DNA from: Perna viridis
Lineage: Eukaryota
Direction: 5' to 3'
DNA length: 64,000 nt
NCBI GenBank assembly: GCA_037379345.1
Contig: CM074515.1
Coordinates: 51,093,743 to 51,157,742, forward strand
Shown here piece by piece: positions 25,830-39,800 of the stretch. Every line of letters starts with the position of its first letter. Position 1 is the first letter of the stretch. The notes under the pieces are model-generated. The model was given only the letters and a program-made list of their open reading frames with translations, was not told where the DNA came from and did not search any database. Both the position numbers and the translations under genes were made by a program.

Positions 25830-28110
25830 TTTTTGGTCAAGAGAAATACAAAGTCATAAATGGATTCCTCGTAGCAAAATCATGCCTTGAAATAGATCAT
25901 AACAACATTCATCTTTGGTTTTTATCTGAACATTGACTTAGATTTTGTAACATTTTTTTTTCAAAAGTCAGATAAATACAAATTATATACCCCATTCGAC
26001 GAATGTCAATCCGTTTTCACAGGAGTGAACAGATTACCGGAAAGGTGTGGCATTACTCGTTATTGAAAAAAATATTTATAGATCAGTCGAACATTTTGTG
26101 ACTGGCGAAATTGAAGTTGACTGCGGCAGAATAATAGGCATTGAAATAAGTCTCCCATGCGGAATTCTCTGTATACAAACCTCCTGCATCTTTACTGATA
26201 TCTCAATTAAAAGAACATGTCAACTTTTTTCATTTGCTGAATACAATATTTATCCAAGAGGGGCAAGTCATGATATTAGGCGACCTAATTTTGAAGATAC
26301 GAGACAAACGATACGACTCTCCGCATGACAACCGTACTAAGTACATTGAAACTAGTGTAAAGGACTTTAACTCTTACTCAGTAAACCGTTATCCTATTTA
26401 CACAACCCCGGGATTTAAAATCCATGGACACGAGAATTGTCCGACTTCTATGATTGACCATATATTACTTTCAACGGACTCAGCAGATAGATTGGTTACT
26501 GCCAAAATCTAAGATAACTTAAATGTGTGGCATCCTGTTATTTGTTCTTTATCAAAACAACTGTTCCTACCCCCAAATATCGAACATAGACCCTGTCCCA
26601 AGAATAGCGTTGAGGAAGGCCTTATAAGTGGAACAATTACTGACTACACGTTTGCATTTTCTCAAAAATTGTGGTCAATAGTAGATGACACTCGCGATAT
26701 CGAATTATACTACAAAAAATAGTCTCTACAATATATTATGCTGCCAAATATACATTGCCTTTTGTCAAAGTTTAGAACCATTTGAAGCCGTGTTGAAATA
26801 CAACATTATCACGACTTCACCAAGAAATGTTAAACATTCGCAACATCTTGATTCAAGTAGATCCTCGTGACTCTCTATATGTTTTACGCCGATTACAAAC
26901 AATTAACAAAATGCTCCGCAATGAATTGAGATATCCTTAAAATGTTTACATGGTGTCAGTATCAATGCAGATCGAGCAATCATTGGAAGTCGATCATTTG
27001 ATTGCATGGTCCATAATTACAGAAATAAAAACAGAGAACTGCATAAATCTGAAATCAGACGATAAAATAATATATGAAGCAAGACGATGTGTGCAATAAA
27101 TTTGCAAAGCATTTCGAAACTTTTTCATCGGTACCAGAAAACAAAATCGATTACCAAGATGTTATGCGGAGACTTATTTTTTTATGCGTTTGAACAACAT
27201 CCACCAAGATTAAGTATATAAGCTGTCTAATATTTTATCAAGCGTACCAAACAAGAAAGCCTGTTGTGTAGATTAATGTACGAGTATATTGAAATTAGTA
27301 TGAATACGCTAGTGAAGTATTTGTGTGCTCTTTTCAAAGATAACAAAAGCATACCACCTGAAGCCTGGAAAGAGAGCGTTATCGAGTCTTGGTATAAAGG
27401 TGGAAACCTTGCCATTAACTCGTACAGAGTTATTTCCTTAATCCCTTGCATATGCAAGGTGTTTGAAAAGCTGCTCGACTGTCGAACAAATGAATTACTA
27501 CCCAACTTCCCGAATCAACACCAAATGGCGTACCAGAAAAAAAACCTGTGCAGTACGTTTGTTTCTTTTAATATATAAGAAACCATGAATTATCATCTTG
27601 AAAGAAATTACGGCGTTATCATGACGTGTAGTGACAGTAAACGTTTTTTCCGAAACTTTTGATCACAATAGGATAAAGGTCAATCTGTTCGATCATGGAA
27701 TCTCTGGAAAATTTAATCGATTACATGTATTTAGGACTAAAATGCCGTATCAAATGAAACAATAAACTTTCGTGTTATACTTAAATATGGAGAGAGGCAT
27801 TCGTCAAGGAAGTTCGTTTTCATTTAAATTGAACATTGTTCATATAAACGAACTCATCGACATCGTTTCATCCTCTGGCCATGGTGCTGTATTAGATGAC
27901 CCTCAGACTGGTCGCCCACTTCAGGCTGATGATATCGCTCTAGTGTCGTGCACTGAAAGAGCAATGTTAAACATGATAAATATTTGTGTAAAATACAGTA
28001 TTAAAAGGAAATATGAATTTTCGCGACCTAAAAGCCATATTGTTTTTAATTTGAAACGACGCAGGACGATTAAGGCCGTTTTAATTGAAATTAAAAAAAA
28101 AATCTTTTGA
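25830..28110 (+). mobile_element. Degenerate LINE (APE endonuclease plus RT), clade uncertain (RTE-X/L2-like)
   Basis: EN motifs GVALL, VMILGDL, MIDHIL, HPV; RT motifs SYRVISLIPCICKVFEKLL, GIRQGSSFS, LQADDIAL. Confidence 0.88.
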
Positions 28111-28161
28111 TTTTTACAAATAAACAAATTTCACTTCACAACATATTTCTAGTACGATTTT

Positions 28162-28528
28162 CTTGGCTAATCTGGCGATTCATTTCTTTTTTCAGCAAAA
28201 TTCAGGACAAGTACATTAATACAAACTATCTTGCCAAATTTTAATAAATTTGGTTGCGATTAACAGGTCGGGCAAAAACATGTTATAGTTGAGTTGAAAG
28301 ATATCAGGAATTGATCACGTGATTCACAAGGGAAAGTCCCAATAAATCAAAAGTAGTACAATCGCGTATTTTAAAACCTATTGTATCAAACAAACCTCAT
28401 AGAAAACGTATAATAGCAAATTTATCCAAGTTTTATTGTAGAATGCGACTTTTATTGCTATTATACGTTTTCTATGAGGTTTGAATGAAATGAGGTTTGA
28501 AAAGAAATAAATCGCCAGATTAGCCAAG
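28162..28528. mobile_element. MITE-like element with 28-bp TIRs and an internal ~30-bp inverted repeat
   Basis: CTTGGCTAATCTGGCGATTCATTTCTTT / AAAGAAATAAATCGCCAGATTAGCCAAG; internal AAACCTCATAGAAAACGTATAATAGCAA and its reverse complement (~28392-28483). No clear TSD. Confidence 0.75.
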
Positions 28529-29044
28529 CTAATTCCCTTATCCATTCTATTATTTAATTATGTAGTAAAACAGAAACAGATAGCTACATTTTTCTCCTGT
28601 GAATATCTAATTTCTTATATTACTTATTGTATACGGTACAGGTTATTTCTTACTTTGTTGTTTTATTATTATTTTTATTTTATCATTATTATTTTTTAAT
28701 TTGATTTTATTTATTCATTTATTTTGTTTACCCTACTTTTGATAATTTCTGATTAACCCACAGTTGTGCTTTGTTTAATTTTTATTTACAAATACTATAT
28801 TTAGATACTTCTTTAAATCAGTATAGATCAGTTGCTCTTGTTTCTTATCAGTCTTGCTAATACTCGCATAATATTCATTTATAATCTAATACACGTTACT
28901 AAGTGACATTTTTTTTATCAAACAATTACCATTGTATTACTCATTTGACTATATTCTTTATTGTACAAATGGTTGTAAATACAAATGTAATTTGTTTACT
29001 CTCCATACAAAGAATAATAAAAAAAAATATGCTGTGAGACATAT

Positions 29045-29265
29045 ATTATACACATACTGCCTGTAGTAGAGGATGTAACGCTCTAGTACCACACGAGCAT
29101 ATTACACAAAATGAAGGCGAGGGTGATATATTTACAGAGTGTGATACGATGCGTAACACCCTCTACTATAGGCAGTATGTGTTATATTTTACTGAATACG
29201 AGTGTGGGATATATCATGACGTCGAGGGTTATATATCGTGACATCGAGGGTGATATATCCTAGAG
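29045..29265. repeat. Palindromic foldback element followed by GAGGGTGATATA short repeats
   Basis: ACACATACTGCCTGTAGTAGAGGATGTAACGC ... GCGTAACACCCTCTACTATAGGCAGTATGTGT; GAGGG(T/G)..ATAT motif recurs 3-4 times. Confidence 0.7.
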
Positions 29266-29569
29266 GAGGGGGATAGTTGTGTAATATATCGTTGCCGTCG
29301 AGGTCCACTTATCATTGTTCTGTTGGGACGAGGCAAGTAAGGATGTGCAGGGAATAGACTAAAATAACTCTTCACCAATTACTTAATCAGAATTCAATAT
29401 TTTTGTATGAAGAATAATATAGATCTCCAAATTCAGGATTAAAACTTTACTGCATTTTTTATTATAAAACCATTAATTTTCAGTTGTATTAATTGGACAA
29501 TAAGAGTCCTTAATGCCTATTCTATTTTCTTATATATTTGACAATAGCAATAGTTCATATAATATAAAT

Positions 29570-30255
29570 TCATATAATAACAAGAATCACATTTGGTTTG
29601 TGTAAATAACAGAAACGCAACACGGACTAAAAACTTGGAGCATAGACCAAGGACACCGGTAGGGTAAGCGTCCTTTGCTTTCCTAGAAACACCCACCGAG
29701 TATTGCTCATAAAAAGTCAAGGCCGGGGTAGAAGTAAGAGGAAGGGAAAACTATGACACGTTGAACAAATCAGTTTTCATGGTGCATATGGACACACCGT
29801 AACGATCCACGAGTTCATGATGACGACCATGAAATTTCTGTAGTGATGATTTCAATCTTGTAGCAACATAGCCCTGTTCCAGAAGCCTAATTGTAAGAAG
29901 TCTAGCGCGATACAGAAAGTCTGCGTAGTTACCCCAAGCTCTGGCATAATGTATCAGTTATGATATGAAAACTCCATAGGCAGATGCTGAAGGGATGTTG
30001 TCATAGATGAAAGGAAAGTTGACAATACTGAGTGAAAAGTCATCACGTTTGTCGTTTAGTTTGGTCAATAGTTTTACTTTACCATCGATCTCTAAGTGTA
30101 GATCAAGATATGAGGCTGACTTCACAGTGTCTGTAGTATCCTTTATTGCAAGTTCTTTGGGGTAGATGGGATGTATCAAATCCACTTAACTTGGATTGTT
30201 TAACAATAACTCGTCATCTATATAGTGGTAATTAAGATTATAAGATCTCGCTAAG
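29570..30255 (-). mobile_element. Penelope-like element 3' part (RT C-terminus plus 3' UTR), probably N-terminal-EN (Naiad-type)
   Basis: YIDD region, SASYLDLHL, KLNDKRDDF...VNFPF..NIP...AYGVFIS, LLEQGY, FHGRHHELVDRY then stop with no GIY-YIG domain following. Confidence 0.88.
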
Positions 30256-30758
30256 CGATGATTAATTGACCATATATTACCAAATCCTTAATATATACGG
30301 GTGTAATGTATTGTCCCAATAAGCTGACCCTAACACTACGGAAACTGGTCTTTTCGTTTAGTTTCTGAGTCGTGTCGCTTTATTGTTTTACTTGAATTCT
30401 ATCCTTTTTGGTTTATTATTGTTTGCGTTTTTGAGTTTTTTGTGTGTGGATGTGTGGGTTAAAGAATATTCACCAGCCGTAGTGAGCATTATTCAAACAA
30501 ATTTCGTGTAATGTAAAAATGTCAATTAACTTGCATTCACTAGTATTACTTAATTCTTATCTAATATTTGCAAAGAAACAACAAAAAATGCTTTTTTAAA
30601 TTATTAAATACTACAACTTGGATTACAAAATTAACATGAATTTCTATTAAGACCAAACTATTTGCATAATTAAATTTCAACAGTTAAAGGAATAACACTA
30701 AACATTAAATGAAAATAAATATATGCATATCAATATTTAAAAAAAAATATATGTTTTG

Positions 30759-30841
30759 TCATTTTTCATTTCCGATGAAGCCAGTAAGTCTCAGGAGAAC
30801 AAATACCACTGTAATCAAAAGTCCACTGCTAGACGGAGTAA
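30759..30841 (-). CDS. ZP gene last exon: (V)TPSSSGLLITVVFVLLRLTGFIGNEK*
   Basis: Polypyrimidine acceptor TTTTTTCTTCTTCAG, phase 1, hydrophobic stretch, TGA at 30761-30759. Confidence 0.78.
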
Positions 30842-33800
30842 CTGAAGAAGAAAAAAAACACATGCAACGTTTATCAGGGTATCATAATGCATAACAATTA
30901 TATGTATAAAGTGCATGTATCAAATACCTTTGTAAAACGATCTTTACACTTTTCAAGAATATTCATTCGGTTTTAGATTGTTCTACACAACTGCTAATTT
31001 GTCCTGCTCTTTTGTGTAAATATCTTATCATGTCACACGCCAAGTGAGTTTTGAATCAAATCACACTTGAAACATTCAGACTTTTTGTACCTGTATAGGT
31101 ATATAGAAATATGAGTTGATATCGTGTCCACTTGGTTTTAATAGCGAAATTTTAAACGCCTTTTTAGGGGCAATTAAAATAAATTCAAATTATATTTGAT
31201 GTTCAAATACATAATCATGAGCGTTCAGTATTTTTAACAAATGCAGAGAAGTAAACGAAAAAGATTGACGCATTCTTGAAGACATCTACACTTAGTTGAA
31301 TAAACTGGACTCGGTCAGGTATTTTTTAATTCATTAATATGTTGAAAAAATTGCCATACTCTTCCTATCCGGCAATCTAAATTCGTTGATGCTATTATTC
31401 TTGTGTCCCATCCCATTTTTCATTTCATTACACGTTCATTTTATCATCCATTTCATGTTAATCGCCAGGATAAAGCTGAAATACTGTTGGTTGGGTGTTG
31501 TGCACCAACAATCAATAAATCAAACAATTAATGTCATATATTTTACTTTCGTCCCAAACTCAGTTCCAAGGACAAACGATAAAGAATGCCAGTTTGTAAG
31601 ATAAAGGATCAGTATGCATTTTAGGTCATTTTTAAAAATTATTTATTTATTTAAATGATAGATTTTCTTATAATTATATTTTTATATATGACCTTAGCTA
31701 AATTCTGTAATCTTTTTTCAAGGAAAAATCATTGAATAACGTTTGATGTCTCTTGCTAAAAAAATTCCAAGGTATTCATTTAATTAAGCGTTTAGAAAAT
31801 ATATGTTTCGATGTATAAAGATAGGTTTGAATCTCTAAATATTATTTGCAAATACTAAGACAGCACTAACACATATGGTGTATGTTTATTACATGATTAA
31901 ATCAAAAGGAAGTGCTTAATGTTAAAACAATCAATGGGTAACGTTTTTATATTACATTGTTCAGTTTTGTTTCAATGTTAGCATACCTACATGAATACTT
32001 ATTAATTTACAGACATAAATTAGCTGTAATGGCCCGAAATCATGATAAAATATATGACCATAAATTGAATTTATTCTCAATTAATATAAACACCGCACCT
32101 TACCTGATGCATTTTCAAAAGGCCTGTTTAACACGCGAATTTTCTTTGTTACTTTGAACTGCTTTTTAAAATTTCTGTTTTCACTCCTTCTCCTCCTTGA
32201 CGACCACGATGTCGAACATGTCTGTATAGATAAAAAAAAGAAAAGTGGCGTAAATACTGTAGTATAATTTTCGAAAAAGAGTGTATATCTTCCCAAATGC
32301 AAAATGCTCATTTCCGGATTCATACTATTTCAGTTTTGATTGATTGCTTCAGTTTGTTCGTCTATCAAAATTTGTACATGCTTAGATTTAGTTAAAGAAT
32401 AAATACATTCAGGAAGAAAATGTCAAATACATTTACGTCTGTTTCAATTTGTATATAGATATTTATATTAGTTAGAGATACAAAACAGTCAGTTCATTAC
32501 AAGAATGATCACAACCTACCAAATCATATCCCTTGTTGGTCACACCAAAGCGGAAATTCGACTTTGAAACAATTTCGTACCAATCATTTTATAAATATTA
32601 TCTTTTTAATTTACAGATAACGTTGTCCAAGTTAAATGCACAAACGTGTACTTGTTTTGTTTTGTTTTGTTTAGGTTTTTTTATCGTGCCCATGTGATGG
32701 ATTTCTTGTGGCACATTTTACATATAATATTCATGTTGTAGAAAATGTTCGTTACCCCGTTACCACAAGCTACACATGTGTGCATTAAAGCTGTCAATTC
32801 ATTAAATTTATGCGAAAACCGGTCATTCATGAAAAAAGTCGGGGAGTCGTCCCACAACTTTAAGAGTCATTTTTTTTATCTATCACTAGCCGAATATTGC
32901 CGTTTTCGCTTTTCGCGGCCAGTAACTCTAACAAGGAGTCATCGGACAACTTCTATCAAAAGAATTTTGTATGCCTTATCATAAAGATCACTCCACCAAT
33001 TGAAAGTTTGTTTTATTATTTATTCATTATATTAACAGAAAACCGCAAACAAAAGCGTAATATTTTGCCTTTGAAGGACAATACATGTAACAAGGTGTCA
33101 TCAGACAATTTTCACGATGGAGAATTTTGTAGACCTTACCACAGAAACGTAATATTTGGCCATTCAATGACAATAATTGTAACAAGTAGCCTCCATCATC
33201 AAAATTGTCTGAAAATCTTTGAACAAGTAGGCATTATTATAAAGATCATTTCATTAACTCAATATTTCTATATATTACAGTTTTTCAAGATATTGGTTGA
33301 AAACTGCAAATACCGTCATATTTCACATTTCAAGGGAAATGATCCTAACAAAGATTCGTCCCAACGAAAACATTTGTAGACCTTATCACAACGATCATTT
33401 CATCAATGGAAAGTTTTTTCCTCTTATATAGTCTTCAAGATATTGACTTAAAACGGCAAAAACCGTCATTTTTCACTTTTATTATTGTAAAGCTTCTTAA
33501 TTTGAAGAGGGAGAGTTAGTTTTTTTGTCCTGTTATAACTCGGCGATAGTTTTATTTATCTTAAATATTCCATAACATTTCTGGCAACCTGAAATGTCAT
33601 GATTCAATGTCGTACTTAAACCATACCGACTAGTGATATTTTATTTTTGTGCGAGTTTAAATGTAAAGTTACTTGCAGATTTGGCAAGATTGCCCATTCT
33701 TACTAATTTGTACCCATTTGAAAAACAACGTCCGGGGAACAACCCAACTTCTAAAAGAAAAGAAAATAGACTCGCTTTGGTCGACGAAACCTTGTTTCAC

Positions 33801-36800
33801 TTGATAATGATTTTAAGCTACGCCCATGTATTCAAATTGAAAAATTAAATATTCTGTGCCATGAGACAGTACGGTGTAACAATAACCTTGCCAGTTTGAG
33901 GACTCTTTGACCCTTTGGAGTTCAGAAAAAAGATACTTTTTTATACTTTCTTCTTTCATAGAATTGTGCTCAGCACATGACTCTATCTAGCATATTACTG
34001 TGTCCATCGTATAACTTTGTCTGTTCACACACAAAATAAATATGTGTGGCCATTATTTTAAATCATTAGTTGCACGATCCTGTGCTTGACAATGCTCTTT
34101 ATTCTAGATAAGTGACCATGACTTTACAATGGGTTAAAACAACATTACACTCAGGTAGAGCAAAATGCTTGCCCCATATAGTCAGCAGCATTAAAATTAA
34201 CTGAAAACAAAACAACACATATGAAGGGGAGAAATTTTTGACTTGGGACAGGCACACAAAATGCGACGGGGTTTAAAAACTTTGGCGTGATCACAACCTT
34301 CCTTCGTATAAATCTGGCCACTGTGGAAAACCATATTACAAAATAAACCACAACTAAAACAGTTCAAAAAGGTCAAAGTCCCTTGGTACAACACGTATAA
34401 GGAAACTGATTGTACGTTATACAAATGCACAAACAAAGGAATACTAGCAGTTAACTGACATACATATATCAGCTCCAGACAGTTAAATCCTACACAAAGT
34501 TATGCCCTCGCCGTATGTAATATATGCTAAATATTTCCATGAGGGGTTGCAAACCAAGGTACATCATAAGTCATACAATAAGGACACAGCCTGCACCGAA
34601 AGTATTGTTCAAACTTTGACTTATAAAAAAAATTTCCAATGCCTATCTCAAGATTATTTAATCATTGGAAAAAAACTACCCAGGGAACTTTGTTTATAGT
34701 TTTGTATATGAACCGTCCATATAATGTCATTTTTGTATGAAAATGTAATAAAAAAAGAATTTGTTATGTAGTTAAACAGCCGCAAATTGCTCTCTTTTGG
34801 TTGTTTTGTGAAATAAAATCCCAGTTACTCTTCTGCAACATGAATAGAAACTTCATGTTAAAACTAATATATCAATACGTTACATTCAGTTAATTGATTA
34901 TTCAAATATTTTGTAAAATAAATGAACTTTTAATACCAGATGTGCAATACAAGGAATGAAGCCTCAGCGTCTACGTATTTTAAAATTTATGTACATTTTG
35001 CGACGTTAAAAATCAGTTGTCTTCTCGTGTTTTTAATTCTTTTTACGCGCAGTTCATTCTTAAAGTGTTTACTTCGAGAAAGCTTTCATTAGTACGTTTC
35101 GTGTTTTGTTAAAATACAATAAATCCGATGCCAAACAAATGGATAGAGGAATATGTTCTTCAAGTCTAATGCAACCTTATGATATTGAACATCGTACCAT
35201 TTTCATATTTCAGAATTGCACCATGTCAACTTACCGCTGGAAGTGTACAATTACTACAAATATTAACTTCACACACGAAGGTGACGTCCCCTTTTCCATT
35301 AAATTGAAAACCAAACATTTCCGCTCGAAAAGCTTTAGTACCGACTTCCTCAAACTTATGCATTATCCTATAGGCTTTTGCGCTTGTAGTGAGACAACTA
35401 GAAACATAGCAAATGGAAACTTTATTTCGCTAATGAATGATAGATAAATATGAACAATTAGTAGACTAACAAACTAAATTATATCTTAGACAAAAGATAC
35501 ATGTGAAATTATTATTTGCGGAACCATGTTCAAATAAATTTTAAAATGTAAATGCATATTTTTACAACAATATAGTGTGGCCACACCATAGCTATCATGC
35601 AATGATTTCGTTATGTTCATCGTAAACATTTTGAAATGATGATTTAGTTGTGGCAATAAACTGTCGCAAGAAATTAGCCAATGTTCTAAAAATCTGTGCG
35701 GTGTAACAACATAGGTCTGAAGTAATATGTCAAAGAAAAATTTTAAGTTGATAGTCTGAAGTTATTGCGTTTATTGTATCTGCAAAATAATATTTTAAAA
35801 ATAAAGGCAGACACATCATCGTCTATATTGCCTCTTGTCTCATATTCTTTACAAATAACAAAATCACTCCCTATTGCATTATTCATTGACAAAAAAAAGT
35901 AAAACGCGTGAGTGAAGCGGACACTGAGCTTAAAGGACATGACAAATTATCAGTTGTTTTTTTAGGGCCAGATTTGCTTTGAAATCTACAACATGAGACC
36001 GAAGAACGAAATTGTCAAGCAGAAAGGCGCAATATGTTCCCATTGATATACGAACTGTAAAAAATCCACTTTTCAAAATGCATTTCAAAAGGTCTTGTGT
36101 GGATATATTTCAATTTTTCGTTTGACAATGTTATAAAAAGGGTAATTCAAGGAATGCGTTATACTTGATAAAGTTGTATTTTGTACGGTGGGTTTGAAAG
36201 TTTTCTTTGAATGTATGTTTTATTGTTAAACTACATGTACTTAATACGAATTTCAATTGGCTGCTTTGAGAATGTACACTATTTGTTACAAACCCTGTGT
36301 TTGTCCAAAGATCCACATGATTTACGGTAGATGAAGGTTCAGACGCCGAAGAATCTTCAAACGCTGAACAATGTGTCGGAATGGCAGAGTAATCTAAAAT
36401 ATGTTAAAAAAAGATTGAACGCGTCTTTGTGCTGCATACATACAAACATGGACAATTCTAATTTATTCATTTTTAAAAATGTGAAGGTAGTTTAATCTAT
36501 TTAGCTGAAATGGTAAATGTTACTTTACTAAACATGAAATTATAAACATAATTTGTCTTATTAGAACCGTAAAATGTGTTTAAAAAAGAAGTGACCAAAA
36601 CCGCATGTAAGAAAGATATAATCATCTCTAATACACTGATATATCTTACATCACTCGAATCCAGAAAACACGTTTACTGGTCGTTAAATTGACAAATGTA
36701 CAGTTTTGTAATAAATTGAAAATGCATGTTTTAATATCTATATAATGTTGTTAAGAAAAAGTTTATTTCTTTAAAAGTACACGCCTGATATCAGTAAAAA

Positions 36801-39800
36801 CTTATTTTGATCTGTGTGTAAGGTAATTATGTGCACACTTTTTCGTGTAAATGCTCTCCGGTCACAGCACATACCAAATATTTAATTAATTTATTTGGTT
36901 TTTGTGGATTAAAAACAAAAACAAACAAAATAATTACGAAGAAGAATCGTTCAGATTTGTCTTTTTAAAATGTACCTATTCCTCATTCACATAATTTATT
37001 TAGCGTTAAGCGCAAAAACAGTAATTCTGAAGGAATCAAATGGGGTTCAAACAATTATTCACATTCTTTTATCTACAAAAAGCATAGCATACCATAAGGA
37101 ATATGATTATTTTGTTATGTACGATGAATTGAAGTAACAATGTTCAAATCAATTCGAAAGTAACAGATATATTCAGCAACTATTTATCCTGTTATAATTC
37201 AAAACAAATATAATGTGATAATTCAAACCAAATATAACTTGAAACTGCACGAATGCAGAATTGATTCAGATTTATTAATAAACGATACGTCTGAGCATCT
37301 GCTCAATGTGCATGCATATTAGTCGATACGAGACTGCTTTTTGCGTTTAACATGATCAGACAGGGCTTGAACTTATCAAGTAAAAACAAATTGAACAACA
37401 TCGGCCTTCTTAACTCTACCAAATACATATAGCTTTCATTTCCAGTTTATTAACGTCGGAAACATTATACAGATACGTTCTAGATCATGTGGGTATTTTG
37501 ACTCTTACCGTAGAATACGCATCACACAATACCAGTTGTATTTGACCGTTTGCGTATGAACTGTGAGAAGTGAAAACAATATCAAATCATTTTAATGCTC
37601 AATAGTATAACACAACCCGTAATTATACCCCACGCAATGACATTGCGGAGGATAAAATGTTTTTGACTGGTCACTCAACACTACTGATCAACTGTCTGTG
37701 CAACTCCTCTAAAACCCTTGGACATCGTTCAATATCCGGTAGGATGTATTGTTACAAGTTGAAAATGTGCATACAATACCCTGTTAAGATTCGACTTATT
37801 TTGTAGGAGTAAAAACTTAAAGTAATTTCAACAGCTCATAATGAGAAAAGACCTTATAAGCGCAACTCTTCGAAACAACTTGTTTGATCCCTTCCCATTT
37901 TAGTGGAGTCCGAGTTACTCATCTACTTTTGTTACTTTGTACGTATAATATAAGTGATTTTACGTTTTTTTTTTTTGTGTGTGTCTGTTTCCTATGTCTT
38001 GTCTTTGTCCCAGGATTACTTTTTTTTATTTCCGCTGGAATCTTGGTTCCCTTGATTACTCTTCCATATAAAGTAAGATAATTTGTCATAAGATACGATA
38101 CCGTCATTTAGGTTCGACTTTATAGCACTATGGTTATTTTCATAATTTTATAATGGAAAAAGACCTTGTCAGCGCAACTAGTCTCAAACAGATTTATCCA
38201 TGCATATTTGCCACTTTGCGTGCGGGTAACAATTTTCCAAAAAACAAAACACACAACAAAAACACAAATAGACTCGGGGGAAGTGTTATTAAATAAGGAG
38301 TTAAAATAAATAGACTACAAGTATCTAAACATATTTTAGATACTTTCTCACGGGCAACAAGTTTGCGTAAAGTATACAGATTTTGCAATCTAGGGTACCA
38401 TATAAATATAAATGATATTTGGTTTTTTTTCTACAGTTTGATAATATGTAGTCATTTCAATAAAAGGCAATCTACTCTTAAACTATTGTTTGTTATAAGA
38501 CAGAACTTTAATACCCACTATCTAAGCTACTAAAGAAAAATAGTTTTATAAGTGAAACAGATAATTACTGTTTTAATAACAGTACCTTTAGATATTTAAC
38601 CAAAATGTAGGACCAGAACAAATAAAGTGAAGGACGAGAATCACTACACCGAAATACCTGATATATGCTCCAACTTTGTATTACACCAGCAAAATAACAT
38701 TGTGCACGTAATGAAACTGTATGTAGTCGAGTTTCATAAAGACATTCCATCCACAAGCATTGCATATGCTAGTACCTTTTGTAAGTTAGTAAAAAAGAGT
38801 CAATGCTAATTATAGTTCATATCTACGAATGTGCCGTATTTCTAACCTTTCAATACTTTTATGTTCTTTATATGTAGGTTGGGGCATCATAATCACAATT
38901 TGCTATGATTCATTTAGTACTACTTCTATCAAGGAAAACCTCTTTTGTCAATGTATAAGTAACTCACTTTGTGTTCCTAAGTAAACTAGGTATAGGTAGA
39001 ATTTGTCGCCAATGTACACTGAAGATATGTCTGGCAAACTCGTAATGTCATTTCTGGCGTCGAAACGATCCGCTTTTAGGTACATTGCAACATCGTTTAC
39101 GGCATCAGGTCGACTAACTGTTGCTGTTTCTCTACAATTTGAAACTTTATACAGTTATGATCCCGACGTCTCTGAATTTACTAAATCATATTATTCATGT
39201 TTACATTTGTATGTATTTTTAAGTGATGAGTATTTTCGCAAAGCCTTGGTTTACTTTAGAAATATTTCATTGAATATTTGCTCTTTTGCTTAACACACAG
39301 CGGTGTCAAGTTGTTGATATAAAGGGCATTATAAAGTTTATAACAAGAGTTCCCTATACATTAAAAAAAGCATTTAAAATAGAAATTACATCATAAGGTA
39401 ATGTATTTATTTATCGACAACTTTTTAAAATACTCCCCAACGCCGGTTGCGACATGGACCAGTAAACTGACATTGCGCTCCGCCTACGGATTGGGTAATA
39501 TCAGTCTTCTTGGTCCATATCACTACCCTTGGGCAGTCCGCATTTTTCGATGTTGCCCATACAATCATATACTTTTCTGTAGTTTTTTAGTTTTTATGTA
39601 CCATTCCTCCTATTAATGGAATTTTGTCTCGATACCCAAGACTTGCCTTTTTAGGTTAAAAAACATGCAATAGGTATATATATTAAAATTATGGCAATAT
39701 GATAATTTTGGTAGTTTCAACAGCTACAATTCATGCATGGCTAGATATTTACCTTGCCATCAAATGTGACAGTTGTTCATCTTATAAACTTCAATTTACC

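Noticed and set aside
38565-38809. Extra exon or small gene
   Set aside because: No recognisable motif and no phase-compatible splice pair found.
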